A stretch of DNA of 64,000 bases from Gammaproteobacteria bacterium (GCA_965221695.1 OZ244905.1:2880001-2944000), one strand, 5' to 3'. Counted from the first letter of the stretch, positions 43,762-54,334 are shown. Made by a program: numbers and translations. Notes: generated by a model not told the origin, from the sequence alone.

Positions 43762-44029
43762 TTGACACAGGCATAAATTCTTTCTTACTATTCTGTTGAC
43801 AAGGCTGAATATTGCTGGCATATTGCGATTGTTTAAGTCAAGGGGGGCGCCTGCGGCAGGTAGCGTTGGAATATCTGTATAATTTTTGCTACAGGTGTTG
43901 ACATACCCCACAAATATCGGCATATTGCAACCAACAAGAAAAACAAGTACTATGAACATCAGGCTTGGGGTGCCATTGACAGGATTTAAAGGTTTGCATG
44001 TTGACTTATATCACCCGCAGCGCGATATT
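43762..44029 (+). promoter_or_regulatory. Stack of sigma70-like promoters upstream of the RTX gene
   Basis: TTGACA-N18-TACTAT (43762), TTGACA-N17-CATATT (43796 and 43898), TTGACT-N17-GATATT (44001). Confidence 0.5.
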
Positions 44030-44130
44030 TGTCGGCAGTGATTATATTTTTTTTGCAAATGTGTGTAATAATGTCTAAAATACAAGCGAATTCGTTTACT
44101 TCTATCTGATATACACGGGAGAACAAAGTT

Positions 44131-47100
44131 ATGTCTAATCACAATGAGACGACGATGCAAGATGCGGCAGCAGGTCTTGACACGACGTACAGTTTCACTC
44201 CGGATGCCAGGGGCTCGTACAGGCCAGGCGTAGACGGCCGGGAGGGCAACAACACGTTCGAAGGAGCGCTTACCCCCGGAGATTCGGACTGGGTAAGTAT
44301 CGAATTGAAGGCCGGAACGGTTTATACCATTACCGTAACAGGCAGAGAGCTCGACAATGATCGGAGCACAGTAACTGCACTGAACGACTCCATTCTCACG
44401 GTCTATGACTCCAAGGGCGTCATGGTCGACATGAACGATGATATCGATGGCGCAGACGGCATGCTCAATTCCGAGTTGGAGATCAATCCGGATGCGGACG
44501 GCGTATTCTACATCGCTGTCAGCGCCTTCTCGGCGAACCCGGGAGCGTCGGCCAGTGGTGGTTATACCGTCACAGTGGCAGAGTCGGAACCGCCTGACCC
44601 GAATATGGGCAAAGACATAACCGGTACCGCGAACGATGACAAGCTGATAGGCACCGAGAAGAATGAAAAGATTAATGGCGGCCCCGATGGTACGGGCACT
44701 CCTGCTACGAATGGCAATGACTCGCTGTATGGCTTGGGCGGTGATGACACACTGCAAGGCGGCACAGGCAACGATCTGCTGGTAGGCGGCCCGGGTTCCG
44801 ATGTGAACCAGGGTGGCGCAGGCGAGGATACCGTGTCCTATGCGACTTCAGCGGAAGGCGTCCGTGTCAGCCTGTTGACCGGGATTGCCCGCGGCGGCGA
44901 CGCCGGTGGCGACTCCTTTGGCGACCCGAATGCGGAAGAGTATACCAACGACATAGAGAACCTCCAGGGTTCCGGGCACGACGACGAGTTGGTCGGCGAT
45001 ACCCTGGCCAACGAAATCTGGGGTCTCGGCGGCGATGACGTAATAAGCGGCAATGTCGGCGATGACACCCTCTCCGGCGGCGCAGGCGACGACGAACTGG
45101 ACGGCGGCGACGGCGACGACACGCTGACTGGCGGCGCAGGCGCTGATGCGCTGACTGGCGGCAAAGGTGATGATACTGCGTCCTACGAAGGTTCTGCGTC
45201 GGGCGTCATGGTGCGCCTGCATTCTTACGTGGCAAGAAATGTCGATCGCGAAGCGGAAAACGATTCCGACGCCGCAGGCGACACCTTCGTCGGCAGGACG
45301 ACTTACAAGCACACGACCACAAATGCTGATGACGAGACCATCAATACGGAATCCACGGCTGCCGATATCGAAAACCTGACCGGTTCAAGCCATGCGGATA
45401 TCCTCGCAGGTGACGGCCGAGAAAATGAGATCAAAGGTGGTGATGGTGACGACACGATCTATGGCGGTCCTGGCGGTGATAAAGATACCAACGATGACGA
45501 CCTGTACGGCGAAGGTGGCAATGATACGCTGTACGGCGGTATCGGCGATGACGAGTTGTTCGGTGGCGACGGCGACGATGTGCTCGTGGGTGGCCCCGGT
45601 CTGGACAAGTATGAGGGCGGTGCCGGCAACGACCTGATTTATGTCGACAAAGCAGACGCCGATGATACTAACGGCAAAGTCCACGGCGGCGAAAACACTG
45701 CTGCGGGTTCACGTCCGGACAGCGATACCGTATCTTTTGAGCGGTTTACCGATGATGATGGTGGAATCACAGGTGTTGCTCTTGGTACTGGCATTTATCT
45801 GCAGATCGAAAATGCTATCGGCACCGACTTTGATGATACGATCACAGGTAGTGACAGTGAGGCAAATACCATAGAAGGTGGTGAAGGTGGCGATACGCTG
45901 AGTGGCGGCGCTGATAGTAATGATCCTGGCGATACTGTGTCTTATGCAAGTTCACCTAAGCGTGTGAGGATCGATTTTAGCGGTGCTACCGATACGGCCG
46001 TTGGCGGTCATGCCACGGGTGATACCCTTAAGAACTTCGAGAACATTATCGGGTCTGCTTATGATGATGTATTGGAAGGTGACGACACCGCCAACGTACT
46101 CACAGGCCTCGCCGGCGACGATGAACTGGCAGGCAATGGCGGTGATGATACGCTGAGTGGTGGCGACGGTGATGATGAGTTGAACGGCGGCTTAGGCGAC
46201 GACACTCTGGAAGGTGGCGCTGGCGCTGACGAACTGGATGGTGGCGCTGCGGAGGACAGTAATGGTAATCCGCTAGCTGCATCTACTAGAAATACACTGT
46301 CCTATGCCAGTTCGGACGCCGGTGTTTCGGTAAATCTGGCGTCTGCCAATGCTGCGGGCGGCCACGCCCAGGGCGACATCATTGCTGTCATTGATGATGT
46401 CGACCACGACGGCGACGAACTGACAGATTCTGACGGTGATAACGACCCCGACGACAGAACGGATACAGCCAGGATTGACGTTGCCACATTCGCCAGTCTC
46501 ACCGGTTCAGCGCACAATGACAGCCTGACCGGCGACTACCGGATGAATGTCCTCAACGGCGGCGATGGTATAGACAGTCTTGACGGCCGCGGCGGCTGGG
46601 ATATGCTCATCGGCGGCGCCGGCGCTGACCGGCTGGATGGTGGCGAGTCTGGCGCAGTGGCTGATGACCCGTCTACCGCTGGTACTGATGAGACAAGAGC
46701 GGAAGATGTCGACTGGGCAGTCTACCGGGATGCCAAAGGCGGCGTTACGGTGAACTTGCAGACCGGCATGGGTACTGCCGGCGACGCCGACGGTGATGAG
46801 CTGACTGATATCGAACTGGTCTGGGGTTCTAGCGACGAGGACAATGGTGATACGTTTATAGCCAGCGACGGCGCTGACCTGATCCACGGCGATCTTGGCA
46901 GCGATACGGTGTCCTACGAGGCCTCGAGCTTGGGAGTTACCGTTTCACTTGTTGGTGCAGCCAGGAGTAATACCTTTGATGATACGGATTGGGATAAGGA
47001 TCCGACAGATGGCGTCATCGCAACAGCTACGCCGACTAATGGACGAGGCCTGCCGGATGACGACTTGGCTCCAGCTCAAGATCTGCTTGACAAGGATGGG

Positions 47101-47742
47101 GCGGTTACAACCGATCCGGATGATAATGTCAACGGCGCAGCCGGCGACAGGCTGGGCGGCATTGAGAATATCACAGGTTCTGATTATGACGACTCCCTGA
47201 CCGGTGACGAGAATGCCAACACCCTCAATGGTGGTGGTGGCGAAGATACGTTGAACGGTGGAGATGGTGACGACACCTTGAATGGTGGCGCTGGTGAGGA
47301 CACCTTGAATGGTGGCGTTGGAGTTGACATCTTGAGTGGCGGAGCCGGTGATGACACCCTGGATGGTGGCGATGGCAATGACACCCTGAACGGTGGCGCT
47401 GGCGACGACAACCTGACGGGCGGAGCCGGTAATGACAGACTGAACGGCGGAACCGGCGATGATGATTTGGAAGGCGGAGCTGGCGATGACACGTATATCA
47501 TCGGCCTTGACAACGGCGACGATTACATCGTTGGTTTTGACAAGGATGCTGCTCTTGAGAGGATTGACCTTTCGGCCTTCGATAGCATTGACTCGTTCGA
47601 CGATCTGACCATCAGGGTACGCGGTGGCAATGCAGTGATCGACCTGTCCGCCCATGGCGGTGATTCGATCACGTTAGTCGGCATTAACCAAGATGATCTT
47701 ACTGACGGCACCTTCGGCGCCAACGACTTCATCATTGTGTAA
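44131..47742 (+). CDS. Large RTX-repeat Ca-binding surface/secreted protein (1203 aa), probable T1SS substrate
   Basis: PPC-like N-terminal domain, dozens of GGxGxDxL repeats, recurring DTVSY..S..GV.V.L...A.GD...IENL.GS modules; C-terminus like that of the 15317 protein. Confidence 0.92.
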   Translation: MSNHNETTMQDAAAGLDTTYSFTPDARGSYRPGVDGREGNNTFEGALTPGDSDWVSIELKAGTVYTITVTGRELDNDRSTVTALNDSILTVYDSKGVMVDMNDDIDGADGMLNSELEINPDADGVFYIAVSAFSANPGASASGGYTVTVAESEPPDPNMGKDITGTANDDKLIGTEKNEKINGGPDGTGTPATNGNDSLYGLGGDDTLQGGTGNDLLVGGPGSDVNQGGAGEDTVSYATSAEGVRVSLLTGIARGGDAGGDSFGDPNAEEYTNDIENLQGSGHDDELVGDTLANEIWGLGGDDVISGNVGDDTLSGGAGDDELDGGDGDDTLTGGAGADALTGGKGDDTASYEGSASGVMVRLHSYVARNVDREAENDSDAAGDTFVGRTTYKHTTTNADDETINTESTAADIENLTGSSHADILAGDGRENEIKGGDGDDTIYGGPGGDKDTNDDDLYGEGGNDTLYGGIGDDELFGGDGDDVLVGGPGLDKYEGGAGNDLIYVDKADADDTNGKVHGGENTAAGSRPDSDTVSFERFTDDDGGITGVALGTGIYLQIENAIGTDFDDTITGSDSEANTIEGGEGGDTLSGGADSNDPGDTVSYASSPKRVRIDFSGATDTAVGGHATGDTLKNFENIIGSAYDDVLEGDDTANVLTGLAGDDELAGNGGDDTLSGGDGDDELNGGLGDDTLEGGAGADELDGGAAEDSNGNPLAASTRNTLSYASSDAGVSVNLASANAAGGHAQGDIIAVIDDVDHDGDELTDSDGDNDPDDRTDTARIDVATFASLTGSAHNDSLTGDYRMNVLNGGDGIDSLDGRGGWDMLIGGAGADRLDGGESGAVADDPSTAGTDETRAEDVDWAVYRDAKGGVTVNLQTGMGTAGDADGDELTDIELVWGSSDEDNGDTFIASDGADLIHGDLGSDTVSYEASSLGVTVSLVGAARSNTFDDTDWDKDPTDGVIATATPTNGRGLPDDDLAPAQDLLDKDGAVTTDPDDNVNGAAGDRLGGIENITGSDYDDSLTGDENANTLNGGGGEDTLNGGDGDDTLNGGAGEDTLNGGVGVDILSGGAGDDTLDGGDGNDTLNGGAGDDNLTGGAGNDRLNGGTGDDDLEGGAGDDTYIIGLDNGDDYIVGFDKDAALERIDLSAFDSIDSFDDLTIRVRGGNAVIDLSAHGGDSITLVGINQDDLTDGTFGANDFIIV

Positions 47743-47795
47743 TAACCGGAGAGTGTGTTAAAACCAACTTCCTGATTGCACGGAAGTAAACGATC

Positions 47796-47845
47796 ACAGG
47801 GGCAGTTTAAACGGGCAACCGTTTAAATTCGCCCCTGTTTTATTT
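47796..47845 (+). terminator. Rho-independent terminator
   Basis: ACAGGGGC-AGTTTAAACGG-GCAA-CCGTTTAAATT-CGCCCCTGT followed by a T-rich run. Confidence 0.75.
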
Positions 47846-47917
47846 CCCCCTCCGAAAACCTAACCAACCCCCACTCCCTAGAATCTCGGGGTCCCGCCCC
47901 ACAGGTCATTACTCCAC

Positions 47918-47953
47918 CCAGTAAAACTGATGAGTCACCCTTCGGGCGACACA
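47918..47953 (+). repeat. Partial tripartite repeat (B hairpin)
   Basis: CCAGTAAAAC...GAGTCACCC-TTC-GGGCGACACA. Confidence 0.7.
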
Positions 47954-47955
47954 AT

Positions 47956-48048
47956 AAGGAAGATGACAGACGAATCCGCAAGGTGTGCGGTGCGAAGAAT
48001 GTGGTGATTATCTGGCGCTTCTGTCTGAACCTGGCGCGGCGAATGTAG
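47956..48048 (+). pseudogene. ISAs1-family transposase C-terminal remnant
   Basis: Translates KEDDRRIRKVCGAKNVVIIWRFCLNLARRM-stop, resembling the ED..RIR.....N...LRR..LNL motif of ISAs1 transposases. Confidence 0.6.
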
Positions 48049-48075
48049 ATTGCTTCACGCCCGATCCCGGCCAGC

Positions 48076-48504
48076 TTACAAGGTAAACTTATTCAGCGTA
48101 AATATGAATCCGACTATCAAAATCAGTTGGCCCACCATCCACTTAGCCATATCTTCCTTGGCGTTGCTAATGGCAACATCAATCTCCTGCCGAAGCGCCT
48201 CGACATTATGTTCGAGTTTGTCAAGACGCTGCTCAACCTTATTAAAACGTCGATCAATCTCATCAAAACGCTGGTCAAACTCGTCAAGACGCCGGTCAAT
48301 ATTTTCAACATCCACCCTCGTCGCCAGGTTATTCAACAGATCACCTTGTTCTGCCGCCAGCGCTTCTGCTTGCCGTTCGTCAAAACCGCATGCTGTCATC
48401 CGTTTTATGTAGGCATGTTCGTTGAACATGAGTATGTTGTGCTCCGGCGTAAAATAATGTGTTTCTGCCGCTTGTTTTGCTTGTGTTACTGTTGTTTCGT
48501 TCAT
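48076..48504 (-). CDS. DUF1640/CCDC90-like coiled-coil membrane-anchored protein
   Basis: F..HAYIKR...GF...QAEAL head, LAT..D neck, heptad stalk, KW plus C-terminal TM. Confidence 0.75.
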   Translation of the reverse strand: MNETTVTQAKQAAETHYFTPEHNILMFNEHAYIKRMTACGFDERQAEALAAEQGDLLNNLATRVDVENIDRRLDEFDQRFDEIDRRFNKVEQRLDKLEHNVEALRQEIDVAISNAKEDMAKWMVGQLILIVGFIFTLNKFTL

Positions 48505-48868
48505 ACGTAACTCCCATTATTCCGTTCATTAGTAATGTAAATGATCGAGTAACCATTTCTGCTTACTCCTTGGAATTAAGATTAGCAACCAGTAATGAGG
48601 CTGTCAATAAAGATATAGTTGACGCCAGCCTGGGATTGCAAGCTGCTGTTTCAGGTTCAAAGTGATCGCCGATTGCACAGAATTAGATGTCCAACAAAAA
48701 AATTTGCATGATTTTGTGACAAAACTCACGTAAGCCGAGAGTTAATTGTTGACAGTTTTGATTCCCGGATTCATACTTAATGGACACAAAGAAGACGAAA
48801 TAAACGCTTCGTGGAATTTACCGTTTCACCTGATAATCTATCCTGATGAAAATCCAGGGAGGGAAAAA

Positions 48869-49171
48869 ATGAAAAGTATGGCCAAAGAAATATATGATGC
48901 GTTTCTGGAAGCAGGCGTGTCCCAGGAAAGAGCCGAAGATGCTGCCGCTGTTGTGCCGCCAATTGACAACCTTGCAACCAAAACACAACTGGTTGAACTC
49001 CGCCATGACATGACAAAAATGGAATCTGGCATACGAGGAGACATGACAAAAATGGAGGCAGGTTTACGAGAGGATATGTCAAAAATGGAAATGAGATTGA
49101 TCAAGTGGATGGTCTCACTACAGGCGACTACGTTGGCGATGATCATCGCGCTATTCATCAAGTTTCTATAA
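48869..49171 (+). CDS. DUF1640/CCDC90-like coiled-coil membrane-anchored protein
   Basis: IYDAF.EAGV...AE.AA, LATK, 11-residue repeats, LIKW plus C-terminal TM; GGAGG RBS. Confidence 0.75.
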   Translation: MKSMAKEIYDAFLEAGVSQERAEDAAAVVPPIDNLATKTQLVELRHDMTKMESGIRGDMTKMEAGLREDMSKMEMRLIKWMVSLQATTLAMIIALFIKFL

Positions 49172-49363
49172 CCGCAATCGAGCGAAGTCCGCGCCAATCG
49201 TGTTTGCGTCAAGAACCACCCTGTAGTCAAGCTCTGCACAGTTACCTTGATATCCGTGTGCAGCCGCGGCCGCCTTAGTAGCCGGTATCCTGCGCTATCC
49301 GGCTAGTCATGGCTGCCGACGGACTCCATTAGGGCTTAAATCAGAGTTTTTCAGAACCGAAAT

Positions 49364-49391
49364 GAACCTCTGATGTGAAGTCAGAGCTTCC
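49364..49391. repeat. IS5-like inverted-end mini element
   Basis: GAACCTCTGA-tgtgaag-TCAGAGCTTCC. Confidence 0.6.
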
Positions 49392-49593
49392 AGAAATACA
49401 TCAGCGTTATCACACATTAAATGCGGGCATGAAGCGCTTCTCGCCGTGTCATCAATAATCGTCCCCATTTTGTATTGTAACGATAAGTTTCTGTAACTGG
49501 CATCGCGTGATGTCCGTACCAGTAGAGTCATTGACAATTGACATGCCAGAATCCATACTCAATGAACTTCTGACATAATCAGAGATTTACCGA

Positions 49594-50874
49594 ATGAAAC
49601 ACTTACTTGTCGTTGTTTGTCTCTTTGCGAACGCCGCTGCTCTGGCGGAGAGTTATGTCATTCATGCCGGTGCATTGTTTGATAGTGTCTCCGGTAATGT
49701 TCTTGAAGAACAGAGCATTCACGTGGCAGATGGGAAAATCACCTCTGTTGCGGCGGGTTATCAAGCTGTTGCAGACGGGGCGCAGCTCATCGATTTGCGC
49801 GCTGCGACTGTCATGCCAGGTTTAATGGATATGCATGTGCACTTGGATATGCAGTTAGCGCCGGAGAGGTATATAGAAAAGTACACACTTAACCCGATTG
49901 AACTCGCTTACCGGTCGACGGTCTATGCCCGACGCACGTTGCTGGCCGGATTTACCACGGTGCGCAATGTCGGTGATACCGGCAATATCACTATTTCTCT
50001 GCGTAACGCGATTGAACAGGGTTATGTAGACGGGCCGCGCATCATTACCGCAGGCAAAGGCATTTCCGTGACCGGTGGTCACATGGATCCCACCAGTGGA
50101 AACAGTTATGCGCTGATGGGCGACCCGGGTCCGGCAGAGGGCGTGATCAACGGGCCGTACGAGGCGCGCAAAGCGGTGCGCCAGCGTTACAAGGACGGTG
50201 CGGATGTTATCAAGGTGGCTGCCACCGGCGGCATGCTGAGCACGACGAAAAACGGCCTGGCGCCGCATGTGGCCATGGATGAACTGGAAGCAATTGTGGA
50301 AACCGCAGCAGATTATGGCATGGTTGTGGCCGCGCACGCCCATGGCGCGGAAGGGATCAAGCGCGCCATACGTACCGGTGTCAATTCCATCGAGCACGGC
50401 TCAGAGTTGGATGATGAAGGAATAAGCCTGATGAAGCAGTATGGGACTTACCTTGTTCCGACAATGATGGCGCCGGATTTTGCGGTGGAGAAGGCCAGGA
50501 TTGACGGTTTTTTTCCTCCAGTCGTCCTGGCAAAAGTCAGAGTGTTTGAGCAATCCATTCCGGTCATGGTGAATAAAGCCTATACGAGCGGCGTCAACAT
50601 TGCTTTTGGCACGGACAGTGGTGTAACGCCCCATGGCGAGAATGCAAAGGAGTTTACGCTGTTGGTGGAGGCCGGGATGAAGCCGGCGCATGCGTTGCAG
50701 TCCGCGACGATCAATTCGGCAAGGTTGATCAGAATTGACGCGGAAGCGGGCAGTATTGAGGCCGGGAAACGGGCAGATATTGTTGCTGTGAAAGGCGACC
50801 CTTTGGCGGACATCAGCCTGATGCAGCAGGTCAGTTTTGTTATGAAGCAAGGGAAAATCTATAAACGGGAATAA
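49594..50874 (+). CDS. Exported metal-dependent amidohydrolase (Xaa-Pro dipeptidase-like)
   Basis: Signal peptide, PGLMDMHVH, GFTTVR, AAHAHG, SIEHG, FGTD. Confidence 0.9.
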   Translation: MKHLLVVVCLFANAAALAESYVIHAGALFDSVSGNVLEEQSIHVADGKITSVAAGYQAVADGAQLIDLRAATVMPGLMDMHVHLDMQLAPERYIEKYTLNPIELAYRSTVYARRTLLAGFTTVRNVGDTGNITISLRNAIEQGYVDGPRIITAGKGISVTGGHMDPTSGNSYALMGDPGPAEGVINGPYEARKAVRQRYKDGADVIKVAATGGMLSTTKNGLAPHVAMDELEAIVETAADYGMVVAAHAHGAEGIKRAIRTGVNSIEHGSELDDEGISLMKQYGTYLVPTMMAPDFAVEKARIDGFFPPVVLAKVRVFEQSIPVMVNKAYTSGVNIAFGTDSGVTPHGENAKEFTLLVEAGMKPAHALQSATINSARLIRIDAEAGSIEAGKRADIVAVKGDPLADISLMQQVSFVMKQGKIYKRE

Positions 50875-51034
50875 GTAACACTGAATACACTGGCCCTCAG
50901 TCATCACCGCTACAGGGTTGGTGTTATCCACGCAAGCCCGCGCCTTTCAAAAACCGCAAAAATATCGTATATTGTCGGGTTAATATCGTAATACCCTAAC
51001 CACCTCTGATCAGGTGACGCCTCGGCGACTTCGT

Positions 51035-52783
51035 ATGCAACCAAAGCTTCCAGGAAATACAGGCCCGGCAGAAGAAACCCAATTGCAGGCGGCATTGCGC
51101 CGTTGCCGCAAGGGTTTGCTGGGTGTGACCCTGTTCAGCGCGATGGCCAATATACTGATGCTGGTGGCGCCGGTCTACATGCTGCAGATGTACGACCGGG
51201 TATTGACCAGCGCCAGTTACGAGACCTTGATCGTGCTGACCGTGGTGGCGGTCTTCCTGCTGGCCTGCTTCGGTCTGTTGGATTGGGTGCGCCAGCGGCT
51301 GATGGCGCGTATCGCGCTGTTCCTGAACTACGAGGTCATGGATGACGTGCTGACCGGCGTGTTCCGCGGCAGCCTGCAACGCTTCCGGCAGAGCGCCGAC
51401 CAGCCGGTACGCGATCTCGATACGGTGCGCCAGTTCATATCCAGCCCGCCCGCGCTGTCCTTCTTCGACGCCCCCTGGGCGCCGGTGTTCATCGGCGCCA
51501 TCTTCCTGATCCACCCGTGGCTGGGTTTTTTTGCAATTTTCGCCGCGTTGTTCATCCTGATGCTGGCCTTGCTTACGGAGTGGACCTCCCGCGGGCCGTT
51601 CCGTAATGCATCGGAACACACTGCGGAGTCTCACCGGTTTATTGAAAGCAGCCTGCGCCATGCGGATGTGCTCGAAGCGATGGGCATGTTCGAGGGTTTT
51701 CGCCGCCGCTGGCGTGACAAGCATGACCGCGGCATCGCGTTTCAGGCTCGGGGCGGTTCCAGGGTCAGCATGTTGCTGGCCACTTCCAAGTCCGGCCGCC
51801 AGATCGTTCAGGTAGGCATTCTGGGCCTCGGCGCCTGGTTGGTACTGAAGCAGGCAATCTCGCCGGGCATGATGATCGCCGCTTCCATTATCCTCGGGCG
51901 TGCGCTGGCGCCCATCGAACAAGGCATTTCGGGATGGCGTGGCTTCGTCTCGGCGCGCCAGTCCTGGCGCCGCTTGAACAACCTGCTCGACGCCGCGCCA
52001 CCGGCGCAAGGCGGGGGCGCGACCAGTTTGCCCCGGCCCACCGGCCTGCTGGAGGTGGAGAGCGTGTCCGCGGCGCCGCCGGGGGCCACCAAAGCGACGC
52101 TGCTACGGATAAATTTTACCCTGGAGCCGGGTTCCAGCACGGGGCTGATCGGCCCCAGCGGCAGCGGCAAGAGCACCCTGGCCCGCCTGCTGGTGGGCGT
52201 ATGGACTCCCCAGGCGGGGGCGGTGCGCCTCGATGGCGCAATGATCGCCGACTGGCCGACCGAAAGCCGGTTCCGCCATGTGGGCTACCTGCCCCAGGAG
52301 GTGGAACTGTTCGAGGGCACGGTGGCCGAGAACATTGCTCGCCTGTCCGAACCGGACAACGAGGCAGTGATCGCCGCCGCACAGCAGGCGAACTGCCATG
52401 ACATGATCATGCGCCTGCCGGAGAACTATAACACGCCGATAGCGGCCGGTGGCGCCAACCTGTCAGCCGGCCAACGCCAGCGCGTGGCCTTGGCGCGGGC
52501 CATATACGGCGACCCGGCGCTGATCATCCTGGACGAGCCGGACGCGAACCTCGATGCAGACGGCGAGATGGCGCTCAGGAACGCGTTGCTCGCGTTGTCC
52601 AAGCGCGGCGTAACGCTGCTGATAGTGACCCACAACTTCCGCCTGCTGCAAGTGGTCAGGAATGTGATGGCGCTGAAAGATGGCGTGCTGCTGGAGAACG
52701 GCCCACGGGAAGAAGTCCTGAAACGCTTCATGCGCCCCGCTCCGGCAGTCGCCGGCGCAAAGAAAGCGCAAGCTGGAAACTAA
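51035..52783 (+). CDS. Type I secretion ABC transporter, PrtD family
   Basis: YMLQMYDRVL.S, FFDAPW, GPSGSGKST, LSAGQRQR, ILDEP. Confidence 0.93.
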   Translation: MQPKLPGNTGPAEETQLQAALRRCRKGLLGVTLFSAMANILMLVAPVYMLQMYDRVLTSASYETLIVLTVVAVFLLACFGLLDWVRQRLMARIALFLNYEVMDDVLTGVFRGSLQRFRQSADQPVRDLDTVRQFISSPPALSFFDAPWAPVFIGAIFLIHPWLGFFAIFAALFILMLALLTEWTSRGPFRNASEHTAESHRFIESSLRHADVLEAMGMFEGFRRRWRDKHDRGIAFQARGGSRVSMLLATSKSGRQIVQVGILGLGAWLVLKQAISPGMMIAASIILGRALAPIEQGISGWRGFVSARQSWRRLNNLLDAAPPAQGGGATSLPRPTGLLEVESVSAAPPGATKATLLRINFTLEPGSSTGLIGPSGSGKSTLARLLVGVWTPQAGAVRLDGAMIADWPTESRFRHVGYLPQEVELFEGTVAENIARLSEPDNEAVIAAAQQANCHDMIMRLPENYNTPIAAGGANLSAGQRQRVALARAIYGDPALIILDEPDANLDADGEMALRNALLALSKRGVTLLIVTHNFRLLQVVRNVMALKDGVLLENGPREEVLKRFMRPAPAVAGAKKAQAGN

Positions 52784-52786
52784 TAT

Positions 52787-52875
52787 AAGGGGTCGCCCCT
52801 CGGGCGACACAGAACATGACTGGACTCCCGCTTCCGCGGGAGTGGTACGGTGGTGAAGCTCGCGGGAGTGGTACG
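52787..52875 (+). repeat. Tripartite repeat (B-C) inside the T1SS operon
   Basis: GTCGCCC-CTC-GGGCGAC, ACTGGACTCCCGC-TTCC-GCGGGAGTGG. Confidence 0.88.
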
Positions 52876-52885
52876 CAAATACAAG

Positions 52886-54334
52886 ATGACAACAGAAGCA
52901 AAACAATCATTTCCAAACATGGTCGCCGGCACACTGGCCGCCTGGCTTCAACGCCTGTCTGGCTCCGCCGCCGCCCTGTTGCGCGGACCAAAAGAGGACG
53001 AAGTCGACCTGTCCCGGGACGCCGCGGACGAGAAGGCGGAACTGAAAAACCTGCTGAACCGGGACGTGGTCATGCGCCGTGGCATCATCGTTGTTGTCAT
53101 CGCGCTGGGTGGCTTCCTCGCCTGGTCTATGTTGGCGCCCCTGACCGAAGGGGTGGTCGCGATGGGCACAGTGGTGGTGGACACGCAGAACAAGACCATC
53201 CAACACCTTGAAGGTGGTATCGTGGAGAAGCTGCATGTGCGCGAGGGCAGCGAGGTCAAGACCGGCGATGTGCTCATCGAACTCAGCGAAACCCAGAACC
53301 GCGCTCAACTTGAACTGCTGGAGAGCCGGTATTACGGCCGCCTGGCAGAAATCAACCGGCTCAACGCGGAACGCCTGTTGCAGGATGGGATCACCTTCTC
53401 CGATGAACTGCTGGCGTTACGCGATGACCCGGTTATCGCCGACATCCTGGCAGTGCAAGAGAACCTGTTCCAGGTGCGGCGTCGCCAGTACTACGGGCAG
53501 ATTGAGGTACTGCGACATCGCATCACTCAGCTTGAGGAGCAGGTGCGTGGCCTGGAGTCGACCCGGGAGGCATTGCTGCGCGAACGTGGTCTCATTGAGA
53601 AGGACCTGGAGAGTCTGGTCGCCCTCAAGGAACAGCAACTGATTGATGAAGGCGTACTCATCGGCCGCCAGCGCGAATACGAACAGGCCATTGGAAAACT
53701 GGGCACCATGGCTGCTGATATCGCCGCGACCCGGGTGAAGATCGGCGAGACGCGCCAGGAGATCCTGCAGATTGAACATGGCTGGGGCACGGAGGTATCC
53801 GACCAAATCACCGCGGCGCAACAGCAGTGGTTCGAGACCCGCGAGCGCATTAATGCAGTGTCGGACGTGTTACAGCGTACCACCATCGTCGCGCCCCAGG
53901 ATGGCAAGGTGATTGGCCTGTCCGTGCATACCCTGGGCGGAGTGATACCGCCGGGTAGCCCGATTATGAACATTGTCCCGAGCGAAGACCGGCTCGTAGT
54001 GGAAGGCCAGGTGCGCCCCATCGATATCGATAATGTCTATCCCGGCCAGACGGCCCGCCTGCGGTTTTCCTCGTTCAGTTGGCGCACCACACCCCAGGTG
54101 GAGGGCAAAGTCGAGCGCGTCTCGGCAGACGTCTTCCGTGACGAGCAGCAGGGCACATCCTACTATATCGCCCGCATCCTGGTGCCTGAAGAGGAAATGG
54201 CCAAGCTGGGCGATGCCACCATCGGCGCCGGTATGCCCGTCGACATCATGTTCACCGGCGGCTACCGCACCGCAATGGAGTACTTGACCGACCCCATCAC
54301 GGACATCTTAGATAAGGCCCTGGTAGAAGAATGA
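52886..54334 (+). CDS. Type I secretion membrane fusion protein, HlyD/PrtE family
   Basis: One TM, IQHLEGGIV, coiled coil, I.AP.DG.V, GMPV. Confidence 0.93.
   Translation: MTTEAKQSFPNMVAGTLAAWLQRLSGSAAALLRGPKEDEVDLSRDAADEKAELKNLLNRDVVMRRGIIVVVIALGGFLAWSMLAPLTEGVVAMGTVVVDTQNKTIQHLEGGIVEKLHVREGSEVKTGDVLIELSETQNRAQLELLESRYYGRLAEINRLNAERLLQDGITFSDELLALRDDPVIADILAVQENLFQVRRRQYYGQIEVLRHRITQLEEQVRGLESTREALLRERGLIEKDLESLVALKEQQLIDEGVLIGRQREYEQAIGKLGTMAADIAATRVKIGETRQEILQIEHGWGTEVSDQITAAQQQWFETRERINAVSDVLQRTTIVAPQDGKVIGLSVHTLGGVIPPGSPIMNIVPSEDRLVVEGQVRPIDIDNVYPGQTARLRFSSFSWRTTPQVEGKVERVSADVFRDEQQGTSYYIARILVPEEEMAKLGDATIGAGMPVDIMFTGGYRTAMEYLTDPITDILDKALVEE

Noticed and set aside
42200-43800. Integron cassette array
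   Set aside because: TA genes are cassette-like, but I found no attC-type RYYYAAC...GTTRRRY structures and no integrase.
47200-47490. 27-bp tandem repeat as a separate DNA element
   Set aside because: Fully explained by the GGxGxDxLx nonapeptides of the RTX protein.
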